Source: Rhodanobacter sp.
Lineage (GTDB): Bacteria > Pseudomonadota > Gammaproteobacteria > Xanthomonadales > Rhodanobacteraceae
DNA: 64,000 bases
Assembly (NCBI GenBank): GCA_036563155.1
Contig: DATCMT010000026.1
Span: forward strand, 7,034-71,033
Direction: 5' to 3'
Part shown: positions 1-10,608 of the stretch, one piece after another
Numbering within the stretch: the first letter of the stretch is position 1
Layout: each line of letters begins with the position of its first letter
Made by a program: the position numbers and the translations under genes
The notes under the pieces: model-generated
What the model was told of the DNA's origin: nothing
What the model saw: only the letters and a program-made list of their open reading frames with translations
The model's database searches: none

Positions 1-530
1 GCCACCGTGTTGCGCCCGAACAGATAGCCCTGCGGGCCGCGCAGCACATCCACCTGCGCGATATCGAACAAGGGCATGTTCAGCGCCTGCGACTGGCCGA
101 CATAGACGCCGTCGAGGTAAACGCCGACCCGGGGGTCAAAGCCGATATTGCGGCCACCACCGCCGATACCACGAAGACTCAGCGTGGCGGTACCGGCGCG
201 GTCGAACGAGAAATTCGGTACCAGCTGCTGCACATCGGCCAAAGTGTGCGAACGACCCTTCTCAAGGGTTTCACGATCGATCACCGAGATGGCGATCGGG
301 ACGTCCTCCAGGGCCTGCGTGCGCTTCTGCGCGGTCACGATCACCGCATCAAGCAGACTGGCGTCGGCCTGTTTCGGCTGCTTCGCCTCGAGCGGCTTGG
401 CGTCGTCCGCCACACCGGTCTCGGCTTGCTGGGCCCAGGCAGCCGCGGGCGCCAGCGCAACGGCAATGACCATGAACAGGGCCCGCCGGTGGAGTGAATG
501 ATCGTCTTTGCTGTGCACGATTGCCCCCAT
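1..530 (-). CDS. TonB-dependent receptor, N-terminal part (truncated by window edge)
   Basis: Manual translation from ATG at 530: signal peptide (ALAPAAAWA-QQ), TonB-box-like DAVIVTAQKR, plug motifs LSLRGIG, VGVYLDGVY and VDVLRGPQGYLFGRNTVA. Not in the ORF track because it runs off the edge. Confidence 0.88.
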   Translation of the reverse strand, partial: MGAIVHSKDDHSLHRRALFMVIAVALAPAAAWAQQAETGVADDAKPLEAKQPKQADASLLDAVIVTAQKRTQALEDVPIAISVIDRETLEKGRSHTLADVQQLVPNFSFDRAGTATLSLRGIGGGGRNIGFDPRVGVYLDGVYVGQSQALNMPLFDIAQVDVLRGPQGYLFGRNTV

Positions 531-709
531 GAAAACGAAATGTCCCGCTGAAACAAGGTACCTGCGACTGCAGGGCCATCGATGGCGCCCGACCCGGGCC
601 GTGAATGTCGATGACGCCGGCAGTTTTCCCCTCGACATCGGGCTGACGAGCGGTCCTTGGTGCCACGCACGACGCCACCCTGCCTCCAGCCGCCGGTACC
701 CTCAGGAAG

Positions 710-1876
710 TTGCGGTATGGCATGCTGGTAGTCCGCAAGATCATGCTGTCTTGCGTAACCTATGCCACGGTGGTCACCAATGTGAATGACCGAACTCCGG
801 CGTCCTTGACCGAAGTTCCGCTGCTGACCCGGGAAACCGCGAGTGTGGCGGGACATCTGGTTCGCCTGGTCACCGACTACGCCGAACAACGCGGTGTGGC
901 CAGCGCGCCACTGCTGGGCGAAATCGGTCGATTGCCGGCCGACCTTGACGACACCGGTCACCGGCTGCGCTACGTGGATTTTTCGCATCTGTGCGAACGG
1001 ATCGCCCACGAACTGGCAGACCCGTTTCTCGGGCTGCACGCCGGCGTCCAGGTGAAACCGGGGCATCTGGGCTCGCTGGGTTTTGTGCTGATGAGTTGCG
1101 CCACCGTCGGCGAGGCATTGCACCGGTCACAACGCTATTCGAGCATGGTGCTGGATGCGTTCAGCAACGAGCTGGCCGAGCGTGACCAGTTGTGCGTCCG
1201 CTCCTGGCGCAGTCGCCTGGTCGGGGGCGAGAAGGTGGGACGACTGCAGGACGAACTGAACACCGCGGTCTGGATCACGCTCGCCCGCTGGATGATCGGC
1301 CGCGAGGATTTCAACCCGACCTGGGTTACGTACCAGCATCCGCAACCCGATGGCGCGGAGGAATACGCTCGCGTGTTCCGCTGTCCGGTACGGTTCTCGG
1401 CGGCCGAGACCGCCATCGCAATTCCCGCATCCATGCGCACCATGACGTTGCCGCAAGCCAATCCGGCCGTTCGGCATATTCTTGATGAATATTGCGAACG
1501 CCTGCTGCAACAACGCGTCGACCGCGACGCTCCGGCCTGGCTGGCCGTCGTCAAGAAGGCTGTCGTAGAGTCATTCGAGCGCGGCGGACCGGAGTTGGCG
1601 GCGGTGGCGGCAACGGCGCGCATGGGTACGGACGAGCTGGGGCTGCTGCTGTCCCGCCACGGCACCAGCTTTCGCGCGCTGGTCGACGAACTGCGCCGGG
1701 AACTTGCCCTGGCCTACGTGCAGAACCAGGACCTCAGCCTGGCGGACATCAGCTACCTGCTCGGCTTCTCCGAGCAAAGTGCGTTTCACCGCGCATTCAA
1801 GCGCTGGACTGGTCAGCCACCGGGCACGTATCGTCGGACGATTCAAGCAGCACCCGGCAACCGACTTTCAAGGTGA
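710..1876 (+). CDS. AraC-family transcriptional regulator (OruR/VqsM-like, N-terminal ligand domain); true start may be GTG 782
   Basis: C-terminal AraC HTH ([34 protein letters not shown]); N-terminal [20 protein letters not shown]; divergent from the TBDR. Confidence 0.9.
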   Translation: MRYGMLVVRKIMLSCVTYATVVTNVNDRTPASLTEVPLLTRETASVAGHLVRLVTDYAEQRGVASAPLLGEIGRLPADLDDTGHRLRYVDFSHLCERIAHELADPFLGLHAGVQVKPGHLGSLGFVLMSCATVGEALHRSQRYSSMVLDAFSNELAERDQLCVRSWRSRLVGGEKVGRLQDELNTAVWITLARWMIGREDFNPTWVTYQHPQPDGAEEYARVFRCPVRFSAAETAIAIPASMRTMTLPQANPAVRHILDEYCERLLQQRVDRDAPAWLAVVKKAVVESFERGGPELAAVAATARMGTDELGLLLSRHGTSFRALVDELRRELALAYVQNQDLSLADISYLLGFSEQSAFHRAFKRWTGQPPGTYRRTIQAAPGNRLSR

Positions 1877-2024
1877 CGCGGCTGCCGACTCACGATTCCG
1901 TGCCCGCCATGGCCACGGACAACACCACTCGCATGCAGTCGCTCGTCGGATGTGGCGAAGCCGCTCCCTGCACCGGCACCAACCCCGCGAGCGCATGTCG
2001 CGCCGCGCGTGGCAGAATCCCTCC

Positions 2025-3272
2025 ATGCAAATCTATCTGGTCGGCGGCGCGGTCCGCGACAAACTGCTGAACCGCCCGGTGGTCGACCGTGACCACGTGG
2101 TGGTCGGCGCCTTGCCGGAGCAGCTGCTGGCGCTGGGCTACAAGCCGGTAGGCAAGGACTTCCCGGTATTCCTGCATCCCGACAGCGGCGAGGAGTACGC
2201 GCTGGCGCGCACCGAGCGCAAGAGTGGGCACGGCTACCATGGCTTCGTGTTCCAGGCCGACCCCACCATCACGCTGGAGCAGGACCTGGCCCGGCGCGAC
2301 CTCACCATCAACGCGATTGCCCAGGACGGACACGGCGTGCTGACCGACCCGTTCGGCGGTGTGCGCGATCTCGAGGCGCGCCTGCTGCGCCACGTGTCGC
2401 CGGCATTTGTGGAAGATCCGGTGCGCGTGCTGCGGGTTGCGCGCTTCGCCGCACGCTTCGCGCCGCTGGGCTTCAGCGTGGCCGACGAGACGATGGCGTT
2501 GATGCGGCAGATGGTGGCGGACGGCGAAGTCGATCACCTGGTGCCCGAACGCGTATGGGCGGAAACGCGCAAGGCGCTGGCCGAGCCGCAACCATCCATG
2601 TTCCTGCGCGTGCTGCGCGCCTGCGGCGCATTCGCCGTGCTGTTTCCCGAGGTGGATGCACTCTACGGCGTGCCCCAGCGAGCCGAATTCCATCCGGAGA
2701 TCGACACCGGCATCCACGTGGAAATGGTGCTCGATGCAGCGGCGAGACTTGCGCCCGGCAATGACATCGTGGGTTTTTGCGCGCTGACCCACGACCTCGG
2801 CAAGGCGCTGACCCCGACCGCTGAACTTCCACGGCACACAGGCCACGAGCATCGGGGTGTGGCACCGCTGCGCGCACTGGCTGCCCGGTTGAAGGTGCCG
2901 ACCGAACATGCGGCGCTGGCCGAACTGGTCTGCCGCGAGCACCTCAATGCGCACCGTGCGCTGGAGCTGAAGCCAGCCACAGTGCTGAAGCTGCTGACGT
3001 CGCTGGACGCGCTGCGCCGGCCGGCCCGACTGGAGCTGTTCCTGGCCGCCTGCACCGCGGACAAGCGCGGACGCTTGGGCCACCACGACGATGCCTATCC
3101 GCCAGCGGACTACCTGCGCGCGGCGCGCGAAGCGGCGGCAGGCGTGAGTTCTGCCGAATTTACCGACCGCGGCCTGAGCGGGCCCGCCGTCGGTGCCGCC
3201 ATGGAAGGTGCGCGCATCGATGCGATCGCGCGAATGAGAGCCAATCGATCCATCGATCCATCCGCAGTATAA
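2025..3272 (+). CDS. cca: Multifunctional CCA tRNA nucleotidyltransferase / 2',3'-cyclic phosphodiesterase
   Basis: [50 protein letters not shown] domain ([15 protein letters not shown]). Confidence 0.97.
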   Translation: MQIYLVGGAVRDKLLNRPVVDRDHVVVGALPEQLLALGYKPVGKDFPVFLHPDSGEEYALARTERKSGHGYHGFVFQADPTITLEQDLARRDLTINAIAQDGHGVLTDPFGGVRDLEARLLRHVSPAFVEDPVRVLRVARFAARFAPLGFSVADETMALMRQMVADGEVDHLVPERVWAETRKALAEPQPSMFLRVLRACGAFAVLFPEVDALYGVPQRAEFHPEIDTGIHVEMVLDAAARLAPGNDIVGFCALTHDLGKALTPTAELPRHTGHEHRGVAPLRALAARLKVPTEHAALAELVCREHLNAHRALELKPATVLKLLTSLDALRRPARLELFLAACTADKRGRLGHHDDAYPPADYLRAAREAAAGVSSAEFTDRGLSGPAVGAAMEGARIDAIARMRANRSIDPSAV

Positions 3273-3316
3273 AGTCCGGATATCTCGCACCCTTCGCGGG
3301 ACCCGATTGACCACTC

Positions 3317-5536
3317 TTGCTGGAGTTGCCCGTGTCGCGAGCATTCACCTCGATCTCTCCCTTGCGTCAACGCTTCCGTCCGCTGTGGTGGCTGGCGATT
3401 CTCTATCTGGGTATCTCGCTGGTAACCCGCGTGGTGCTGCTGGTGATGTCCGGCAGCGAGGTGCCGCACACAGCGTTGAATCTGCTGTATGCGTTCGGCG
3501 TAGGTCTGGGCTTCGACCTGATCACCTTCATCTACGTGGCCTGGCCGCTCGTCCTGTTCCTGTGGATCGTGCCGACCCGCTCCGGCCGGGTGGCACCGCT
3601 ACTGCGCTGGCTGCTCTACGCCATCGGGCTGGCCTTGGCCTGCGCACTTTGCCTGGTTGCGCTGCACCTGCTGTATCACGCCACGCTGAAGCAAACCTGG
3701 CCGCTGTTGCTGCCGTTCCTGTTCGTGCTGCCCCTCGCCGCATTCACCTACACCTCGCGGATTGGCCAGACGGTGTTGCACGGGTTCGCCTTGCTGCTGA
3801 TCTACGGGCTGCTGTTCGTGGCAGCGTCGGAACTGGTGTTCTGGGAAGAGTTCAGCGTCCGCTTCAACTTCATCGCGGTCGACTATCTGGTCTATACCAC
3901 CGAGGTGGTGGGCAATATCCGCGAGTCCTATCCGATCGGCCTGTGGCTGACGCTGCTGGCTGGTGCCACGCTGGTGTTGTTTGCCTTCAGCCGGCGCGCA
4001 CTGCGCGTGCGCGATGACGGCAGCCGCTTCTGGCAGCGCGGCAAGGTGGCGCTGCTGTGGCTGGTGTTGACGGTGATTTCGGTCGCCGCGGTGAACGGCA
4101 GCATGAAGGACCGCACCGGCAACAACTACGTCAACGAGCTGGCCGGCAACGGTATCTACCAATTCTTCAATGCGTTCCGCAGCAGCCATCTCGACTACGC
4201 CACGTTCTACCGCACGCTGCCGGATGACGAGGCGTACCGGCGTGTGCGCCAGATGCTCAAGACGCCTGAGGCAAGCTACGTCAGCGACGACTCGCGCGAC
4301 CTCACCCGCGCCATCCGCCGGGTTGGCCCGGAAAAACGGCTCAACGTGGTGTTGATCAGCGTCGAAAGCCTGTCCGGTGACTACCTGGGGACATTCGGCA
4401 ACCAGGACCACTTCACGCCGTACCTCGACTCACTGGTCGACCAGAGCCTGTTCTTCGACAACCTGTATGCGAACGGCACGCGCACGGTGCGCGGGCTGGA
4501 AGCGCTGGCGCTGTCGGTGCCGCCCACGCCCGGCGATTCGCTGGTGAAGGCACACGACAACGAAAACCTGTTCTCGCTGGCCGACATTTTCAACGACCGC
4601 GGATACCAGTCCGATTTTGTCTACGGCGGCTACGGTCAGTTCGACAACATGAATTACTTTTTCAGCCACAACGGCTACCGGGCGGTGGATCGGCGCGACA
4701 TTCCCAAAGGCATGCCGATCCATGGTGAGAACGTCTGGGGTGTGGCCGACGAGGATCTGTACACGCTGGCGCTGGGCCAGATGGACCAGATTCACGCCGA
4801 AGGCAAGCCGTTTTTCCTGCACATCATGACCACCTCGAACCATCGCCCGTACACGTTCCCCGCGGGCCGCGTGCCACAAGCCAACGGCACCCGCCAGGGC
4901 GCGGTGGCCTATACCGACTGGTCGATCGGTGACTTCATCCGGCGGGCCCGCGGGAAGTCCTATTTCGACGACACCGTGTTCGTGATCACCGCGGATCATT
5001 GCGCGTCCAGTGCGGGCAAGACCAGCGTGCCGATCAATCGGTACCACATCCCGTTGTGGATTTATGCGCCTGCGCACATCCAGCCGCAGCGGGTGGATCG
5101 CCTGATGGGGCAAGTCGATATCGCACCGACCCTGCTGGGCTTGCTCAACTTCAGCTACCGCTCGCGCTTTTTCGGCTACGACCTGTTCCAACTCGAGCCC
5201 GGCCGCGAACGGGCGTTCCCGGCCACCTACGAAAAGCTTGGCTACCTGCACGACGACGTGCTCACCGTGCTGGAGCCGCAGCGCAAGCTGGAGCAGATGA
5301 AGCCTGACTACGCCACCGGTGATGCCACGCCGATCGAGCCGCAGAACCAGGAGCGGATCGACGAAGCCGTCGCCTATTACCAGGTGGCCAGCGAGCTGTT
5401 CAAGCGGGGCCAGCTGGTGCGTCGCGCCGCCGATTCGACACCAGTGGAGCCGTTGCCGGCGCCGACCGCCTCGGTGGCGGCACCCGCACCAGCCGGCTCG
5501 GTCGGTGCCTCAGCCGCGCCGGTGCCGGTGCACTAG
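3317..5536 (+). CDS. LTA synthase family / sulfatase-like membrane phosphotransferase
   Basis: N-terminal TM segments then LNVVLISVES, GTRTVRGLEA, TTSNHRPY, YTDWSIG, ITADH sulfatase-fold motifs. Confidence 0.88.
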   Translation: MLELPVSRAFTSISPLRQRFRPLWWLAILYLGISLVTRVVLLVMSGSEVPHTALNLLYAFGVGLGFDLITFIYVAWPLVLFLWIVPTRSGRVAPLLRWLLYAIGLALACALCLVALHLLYHATLKQTWPLLLPFLFVLPLAAFTYTSRIGQTVLHGFALLLIYGLLFVAASELVFWEEFSVRFNFIAVDYLVYTTEVVGNIRESYPIGLWLTLLAGATLVLFAFSRRALRVRDDGSRFWQRGKVALLWLVLTVISVAAVNGSMKDRTGNNYVNELAGNGIYQFFNAFRSSHLDYATFYRTLPDDEAYRRVRQMLKTPEASYVSDDSRDLTRAIRRVGPEKRLNVVLISVESLSGDYLGTFGNQDHFTPYLDSLVDQSLFFDNLYANGTRTVRGLEALALSVPPTPGDSLVKAHDNENLFSLADIFNDRGYQSDFVYGGYGQFDNMNYFFSHNGYRAVDRRDIPKGMPIHGENVWGVADEDLYTLALGQMDQIHAEGKPFFLHIMTTSNHRPYTFPAGRVPQANGTRQGAVAYTDWSIGDFIRRARGKSYFDDTVFVITADHCASSAGKTSVPINRYHIPLWIYAPAHIQPQRVDRLMGQVDIAPTLLGLLNFSYRSRFFGYDLFQLEPGRERAFPATYEKLGYLHDDVLTVLEPQRKLEQMKPDYATGDATPIEPQNQERIDEAVAYYQVASELFKRGQLVRRAADSTPVEPLPAPTASVAAPAPAGSVGASAAPVPVH

Positions 5537-5935
5537 TCGGACTTCCAGGCTCGCCAGCACATTGGCCAGCGGTGTCCGCAACAGCAGCAGCGCCAGCAGG
5601 ATGCCGAGCCCGTCAGCGAGAACATCGACGGGGTCGGCATCGCGCGGCGGTGACAGCCACTGGGCCAGCTCGATGACGATGCCGAACGCCAGGCACCCCG
5701 CCGCGGCCCAGGCCCGCGCGCGGCGCTGCATGTAGACATTGCCCCACCAGCCCATCAGGCCGGTGAACGTGGCCGCGTGCAGCAGTTTGTCGGCATCGGG
5801 AAACGCCAACGAAAAGCCGGGGTCCGGGCGCAGTGCCAGCCACAGCACGCCCACCATGATGGCCATGCCCAGGGCAAACCAGACACGGTGCCAGCGCAAC
5901 CGGCCGAACGGCTGCGCCGCCGGCCCCGCCGTCAA
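5510..5935 (-). CDS. VanZ-family membrane protein
   Basis: DKLLHAATF..GIVIELAQ..RDADPVDVLADGLG; TTG start at 5935 overlaps upstream stop (TTGA). Confidence 0.85.
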   Translation of the reverse strand: MTAGPAAQPFGRLRWHRVWFALGMAIMVGVLWLALRPDPGFSLAFPDADKLLHAATFTGLMGWWGNVYMQRRARAWAAAGCLAFGIVIELAQWLSPPRDADPVDVLADGLGILLALLLLRTPLANVLASLEVRLVHRHRRG

Positions 5936-7125
5936 AGCCGCGCGCCCTGATCGGCGGCCAGCAAGTCGGCCGACAACGGCAACACATCGAGGCCGCGTGC
6001 CAGTAACATCGCCTGGAATCGCTCGCCCATCTGTTCGGGCAGCATCAGCCGCTTCGCCTCCTGTGCCAGTCGGAAGCGGCCGTGTTCGTCGGCCATCCCG
6101 GTCCGCGCGCACTCGAATACATCCTGCAGCCCGGCGCCAATCAGGAACTGCGCCTGCGGCAGATAGGCCGCCACGCCGAAGCCGGCGCTGTTGCCGGCCT
6201 CGGCCAGGGCCGTGAAATCGACCGAGGCGGTGAGGTCGTTCAGGCCGGGGAGATACAGCGGATCGCCGTGTGCCCGGTGGCGGTAGTGCGCCATCAAGGT
6301 GCCATCGTCGCGCTCCGGCAAGTAGTACTCGCGACGCACATAGCCATAATCCACGAACAGCATCACGCCGGCGGTCAGCGTACCTGCCACTGCCTGGATC
6401 CAGTACGGCAGCTGGGGCAAAACCTCCGAGCGATAGCCGTCGAGGAACTGCGCGCCCAGGTCGCGCTCGACGTGACGAACGGCACCGGCCACCAGTGCAT
6501 CGGCCGGACGATCGACGCGCAACAGCCGGCCTTCGCCATCCAGTGCCACGTGCTCTTCGTAAACCTCGCCGTCGCGCAGCGCGAAGCGGGTTGCCGGCAA
6601 TGCGTCGATCACTTCGTTGGCGAACAGCACGCCGCGCCAATCCTGCTCGGGCGGACGATCCAGCCAGCGCACGCGTTCACTCAGCTCGGCCGGCAGATTG
6701 GCCCGCAACCGCTCGCGCTGGCGCTCGCGCAAGTCGGCACTGGGTTCGAGGATCAGGTACTCCCGCGGCAAGACCTCGGCGGCGGCCATCGCCTTCAGCG
6801 CAACTTCGGCGAACGCGCCGCTACCGCCACCCAGTTCGAGGAAATCCGCGTCGTCCCCCAGCATCGCCAGTACCGGTTGCACCGCACTGACCACGCAACC
6901 GGCAAACAACTCGCCCAGTTCCGGCGCCGTGACGAAATCGCCGGCGGCACCGAACTTGGTGCGCCCGGCGCTGTAGTAGCCCAGACCCGGCGCATACAGG
7001 CAGCGCTCCATGTACTGCGAGAACGGCATCGGACCATGGCTCGCGATGCGCTCGCGCAGCAACTGCAACAGGCGATCGGAATGGGCGCGCTCGTCGGCCG
7101 TCGGTTCGGGAAGGCGGGAAGACAT
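5932..7125 (-). CDS. SAM-dependent methyltransferase, MidA/NDUFAF7 family
   Basis: PFSQYMERCLYAPGLGYY, DFVTAPELGELF, ELGGGSG, FANEVIDALP, DYGY, DLTASVDF. Confidence 0.92.
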   Translation of the reverse strand: MSSRLPEPTADERAHSDRLLQLLRERIASHGPMPFSQYMERCLYAPGLGYYSAGRTKFGAAGDFVTAPELGELFAGCVVSAVQPVLAMLGDDADFLELGGGSGAFAEVALKAMAAAEVLPREYLILEPSADLRERQRERLRANLPAELSERVRWLDRPPEQDWRGVLFANEVIDALPATRFALRDGEVYEEHVALDGEGRLLRVDRPADALVAGAVRHVERDLGAQFLDGYRSEVLPQLPYWIQAVAGTLTAGVMLFVDYGYVRREYYLPERDDGTLMAHYRHRAHGDPLYLPGLNDLTASVDFTALAEAGNSAGFGVAAYLPQAQFLIGAGLQDVFECARTGMADEHGRFRLAQEAKRLMLPEQMGERFQAMLLARGLDVLPLSADLLAADQGARL

Positions 7126-7212
7126 GTTTGTTGCCGGGCATGAAAAACGCGCCAAGCATAACGGATCACGTCGCGCGCCCTTTGCCGAAGAGCCGCGGCG
7201 CTACCCAACCTC

Positions 7213-7475
7213 GTAGGGCGGGCACTGCCCGCCGCAGGCGCCCCTTCACCGCGCCGCCAGAGCAAATGCCGGCGGGCAATGCCCGCCCTACGAACATGTA
7301 CGGCCGAACGAAAACCTGCAAAGCACCCCGACCCCGTAGAGCGGGCACTGCCCGCCGCAACGACACCTTCACCGTGCGGCCAAATCAAATGCCGGCGGGC
7401 AATGCCCGCCCAACGATGCTGACGCGCCTTCACTGTGCGGCCCGAGCAACTGCCGGCGGGCGGTGCCCGCCCTAC
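7213..7475. repeat. Cluster of five GTAG-type REP elements (two inverted pairs plus one)
   Basis: GTAG(G/A)GCGGGCACTGCCCGCC at 7213-7233 and 7336-7356; reverse-complement copies at 7271-7291, 7394-7414, 7455-7475; each has an internal GGCGGGCA..TGCCCGCC-type palindrome. Confidence 0.9.
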
Positions 7476-7538
7476 AAACGTGCGGCCGAATGGGGCGGGC
7501 GGCGTCTGTCTTGCAAGACGTACCGCGCGTTCCCGCGA

Positions 7539-9716
7539 TCAGAAATCCTTTTGCACGCTCAGATAGACGCCGCGACGTGGGCCGAACTGCGGGGCACCCA
7601 CGCCGATGCCGCTGCCATCGCGCAACTCGTAGCTGCGATCGAGCACGTTGAGTACAGCCAGTTGCGTCTGCAGCGGGCCGAGGCGGTCAAACGCGAACGT
7701 GCGCGCGACACTGAGGTTCAGCTGGAAGTAGGCCGGCAGCGACGCGCCATTCGGCACGTCGCCATCCGTGCGCAGCCCGCTACCGAACAGATAGTCGGCA
7801 CCAAACCGGGTCTTGTCGTTCCACGCGTAACTGATGCCGCCGGACGAGGTGAACTTCTGGTCGTGGTCCAGCATGATCCAGTGCTGGTCGATGTAGGCCA
7901 GATCATCCGGATCGAAGTTGTACTGGCTGGTGATGATGCGTTTGCCGATCGCCTTGGCCAGCGCCGCATTGAACCAGACTGACAGCGGATCCTGTTCGTA
8001 GTTGACGGTGAACTCCACGCCCTTCACCCGGCCCGCGGCGAAGTTGAAGGTGGAGTAGACCAGCGCCGAGCCAAACTGGCCTTCATCCTGCAGGCGGCGC
8101 ACCTTGCGATAGTAGGTGTCCACGCCTACCGTCCAGGCCGCGCCAAAGTTCTGCGACACACCGATGTCGTAATAATCCGAGCGCTCGGACAGCGGTGTGT
8201 TGTTGCCACTGTCCGCCACGGCGTTGGTGGTGCCGTCGAAGCGGGCGATATTGGCGCTGGCGATCAACTCGGTCGCCGGCGGCGTGAAATAGCGTGCATA
8301 ACCCGCATGCACGGCGGTGTCGGCGCCAACCTGCCACACCACGCCAACGCGCGGGCTCAACTGGCTCTCGCTGCGCGCCAACTGATAGCGATCCCCGCGC
8401 AGGCCATAATTCATGGTCCAGTCGTCGGCGAAGCGCCATTCGTCCTGCACATAGGCCGACCAGGTCGTGGCGCGGAGCCGGCTGCCATCGAGGATATTGA
8501 TCGGCACGGTACTGGTCTGGTCGCCCTGGGCATCCGCCGGGAAGACCCATGCATCATGGCTGCTGGTCGCGCGCTCGAAGCTGCCATACAGGCCATAGCG
8601 CAAGGTATGCCGATCACCCCAGGGCATGGCAAGGTCGGCCTGCAGAGTGCTGGCCCGATTGCCACGTACGACCGTCGACGCCACGCCGTTGAACATCAGC
8701 TCGCCGATGCGATCGGGCGCATAGGCAAGATGACTGTTGCGCTGGCCCAGCGACACCTGGTAGTCGGTGCGGTCCAGCTTGCCCTGCAGTGCGAGCACGC
8801 CGAAACGGGTGGTCTCGCGCTGGTGCTGATCCAGCGCGAGCGAATCGAAGCTCGACTGATCGACACCATCGCTTCCGCGATAGGCGAACGACGGTGTCTG
8901 GCCGGGCCGGTTCGGGATCTGGAAGCGATTGTTGGCCACGCCGAACAACAGGCTCACGCGGGTGTCGTTGTCGATCAGGTAGCTCAGACCACCAAAGCCC
9001 TTGGCCTGGTTGGTGCGGTCGTGAATGGGTTTGCGGCTGGCCGTGGGGTTCTCGATGCCCGCATCGCTGTGCAGGTAGTTGCCGGTGAGGAACACACTCC
9101 AGCGATCGTCGCTGGCCCACAGCGAGGCGTTCGGGTTGAGCAGCGCGTTGCTGCCCGCCGTGATACCCACGCTGCCGCCGTTGCCCAGCTCATGGCCAGC
9201 CCGCGTGGTGATGTCGACCACAGCGGCCGTGCGCAGCCCGTACTGCGCCGGCAAGGCGCCGTCGAGCAGCTTCACGGAATCGATCATGCGGGTGTCCAGG
9301 CTTTGGCCGAAGCCACCGATCGACTCGGGAATGATCACGCCATTGATGCGGTACTGCAGGTTTGCGTGGTCACCACGCACATGCATGCCGCCGTGGGAAT
9401 CCTGCACCACGCCTGGCGCCCGCAGCAGCACCTGGTTGAGCGGAGTGGATGCACCCAATGGCAGTTGTGCGATCGCCTTCTGGTCGATGACGTACTGGCT
9501 GCTGCCGGTGTCAGGCGACAGCGTGTTTCGTGCCAGATCGAGCGCACCCGACACTGAAATGGCAGCCAGCTCCTGCACGGGCAACGGCTGTCGGTTGCGA
9601 CTGCCCGCCTGCTTGGCGTCGGCGGCAGGCGCCACCGTTGCCGACAGGGCAACGGCGGGCATGGTGGTGGATCCGAGCGCCGTGGCGAGGCTCAAGGCAA
9701 GCAAACATGGTTTCAT
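7539..9716 (-). CDS. TonB-dependent receptor, probably zinc/metal uptake
   Basis: Signal peptide, plug (LLRAPGV..VRGDHANLQYRINGV), C-terminal GRRGVYLSVQKDF-type beta-signal ending in Phe (PRRGVYLSVQKDF); Zur-like box upstream. Confidence 0.9.
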   Translation of the reverse strand: MKPCLLALSLATALGSTTMPAVALSATVAPAADAKQAGSRNRQPLPVQELAAISVSGALDLARNTLSPDTGSSQYVIDQKAIAQLPLGASTPLNQVLLRAPGVVQDSHGGMHVRGDHANLQYRINGVIIPESIGGFGQSLDTRMIDSVKLLDGALPAQYGLRTAAVVDITTRAGHELGNGGSVGITAGSNALLNPNASLWASDDRWSVFLTGNYLHSDAGIENPTASRKPIHDRTNQAKGFGGLSYLIDNDTRVSLLFGVANNRFQIPNRPGQTPSFAYRGSDGVDQSSFDSLALDQHQRETTRFGVLALQGKLDRTDYQVSLGQRNSHLAYAPDRIGELMFNGVASTVVRGNRASTLQADLAMPWGDRHTLRYGLYGSFERATSSHDAWVFPADAQGDQTSTVPINILDGSRLRATTWSAYVQDEWRFADDWTMNYGLRGDRYQLARSESQLSPRVGVVWQVGADTAVHAGYARYFTPPATELIASANIARFDGTTNAVADSGNNTPLSERSDYYDIGVSQNFGAAWTVGVDTYYRKVRRLQDEGQFGSALVYSTFNFAAGRVKGVEFTVNYEQDPLSVWFNAALAKAIGKRIITSQYNFDPDDLAYIDQHWIMLDHDQKFTSSGGISYAWNDKTRFGADYLFGSGLRTDGDVPNGASLPAYFQLNLSVARTFAFDRLGPLQTQLAVLNVLDRSYELRDGSGIGVGAPQFGPRRGVYLSVQKDF

Positions 9717-9749
9717 CGGAAGTTTCATCCAAAGCAATGGGCGTTGCGG

Positions 9750-9764
9750 CGTTATGTTATAACA
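9750..9764. promoter_or_regulatory. Putative Zur box
   Basis: CGTTAT-GTT-ATAACA, one mismatch to TGTTAT-N3-ATAACA; minus strand reads GAAATGTTATA (enterobacterial Zur half-site); 34-48 nt upstream of the TBDR start. Confidence 0.7.
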
Positions 9765-9899
9765 TTTCAATCATCGATTCGCACCATACCGTGGCAAAAG
9801 TCACGCTTGAAGGCACGCTGTTGATGCCCGCTTGATGCACAGCACCTAGACTGCAAGGGCACCGCGACCAGCCCGCGGCCCCTTTTCACGGAGTCACGC

Positions 9900-10553
9900 A
9901 TGACCTCCCCGAGCCAGCAAGTTCCGGCCGTCCTCGCACCGCTTGAGCAAAGCCGGATCACCAAGGCCATTCTGGAGTTTCTTGGCCAGGTGCCGGCCAG
10001 CGCGCTGGAGGGCGCCGCCGCACCGGCCAGCGCCGCGCAGCATCTGGCCAAACGCGCCGCCCAGCGCGCCGCGCTCACCGCCGGTTCGCTGGCGCTGCCG
10101 CCGGGCCCACTTGGCTGGCTGACCCTGCTGCCGGAGCTGATCGCGATCTGGAAAATCCAGGGCCAACTGGTCAGCGACATCGCCGCCGTCTACGGCCGCC
10201 ATGCCACGCTGGGCCGCGAGCAGATGATGTGGTGCCTGTTCCGTCACACCGCGGCGCAGGCGTTCCGCGATCTGGTGGTTCGCATGGGTGACCGACTGAT
10301 TTTCCAGAAGATGTCGTGGGGCATGGCCGAGCGGGTGGCGAAGCAGATCGGGATCAAGCTCACCCAGCGCAGCTTGAGCAAGGGTGCGTCGCGTTGGCTG
10401 CCGGTGATCGGCGCGCTGGGTGTCGGTGCCTACGCGTACTACGACACCGGGCAAGTGGCCCGCACCGCGATAGCGCTGTTCGAGGGCGAAATCACGCTGG
10501 TCGAGGACGACGGCGAGTCGCCCGAGGTTCACGAGAGCGGCGAGCGCGGATGA
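9900..10553 (+). CDS. EcsC-family protein
   Basis: LPELIAIWKIQGQLVSDIAAVYG..RWLPVIGALGVGAYAYYDT pattern. Confidence 0.7.
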   Translation: MTSPSQQVPAVLAPLEQSRITKAILEFLGQVPASALEGAAAPASAAQHLAKRAAQRAALTAGSLALPPGPLGWLTLLPELIAIWKIQGQLVSDIAAVYGRHATLGREQMMWCLFRHTAAQAFRDLVVRMGDRLIFQKMSWGMAERVAKQIGIKLTQRSLSKGASRWLPVIGALGVGAYAYYDTGQVARTAIALFEGEITLVEDDGESPEVHESGERG

Positions 10554-10608
10554 CGTTGCGACCGCTTTGCGGCAAGCTGTCTTCCGGATACTGAACTGGA
10601 GCCACCCC

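Noticed and set aside
2025-3272. Functional link between cca and the cas-embedded NTase
   Set aside because: cca is core and 50 kb away; co-occurrence is coincidental.
5510-5536. 27-nt convergent overlap of VanZ and LTA-synthase genes
   Set aside because: Short tail overlaps are common in GC-rich genomes.
3317-5536. LTA synthase family gene in a Gram-negative
   Set aside because: Family is widespread in Proteobacteria (OpgB/EptA-like chemistry).
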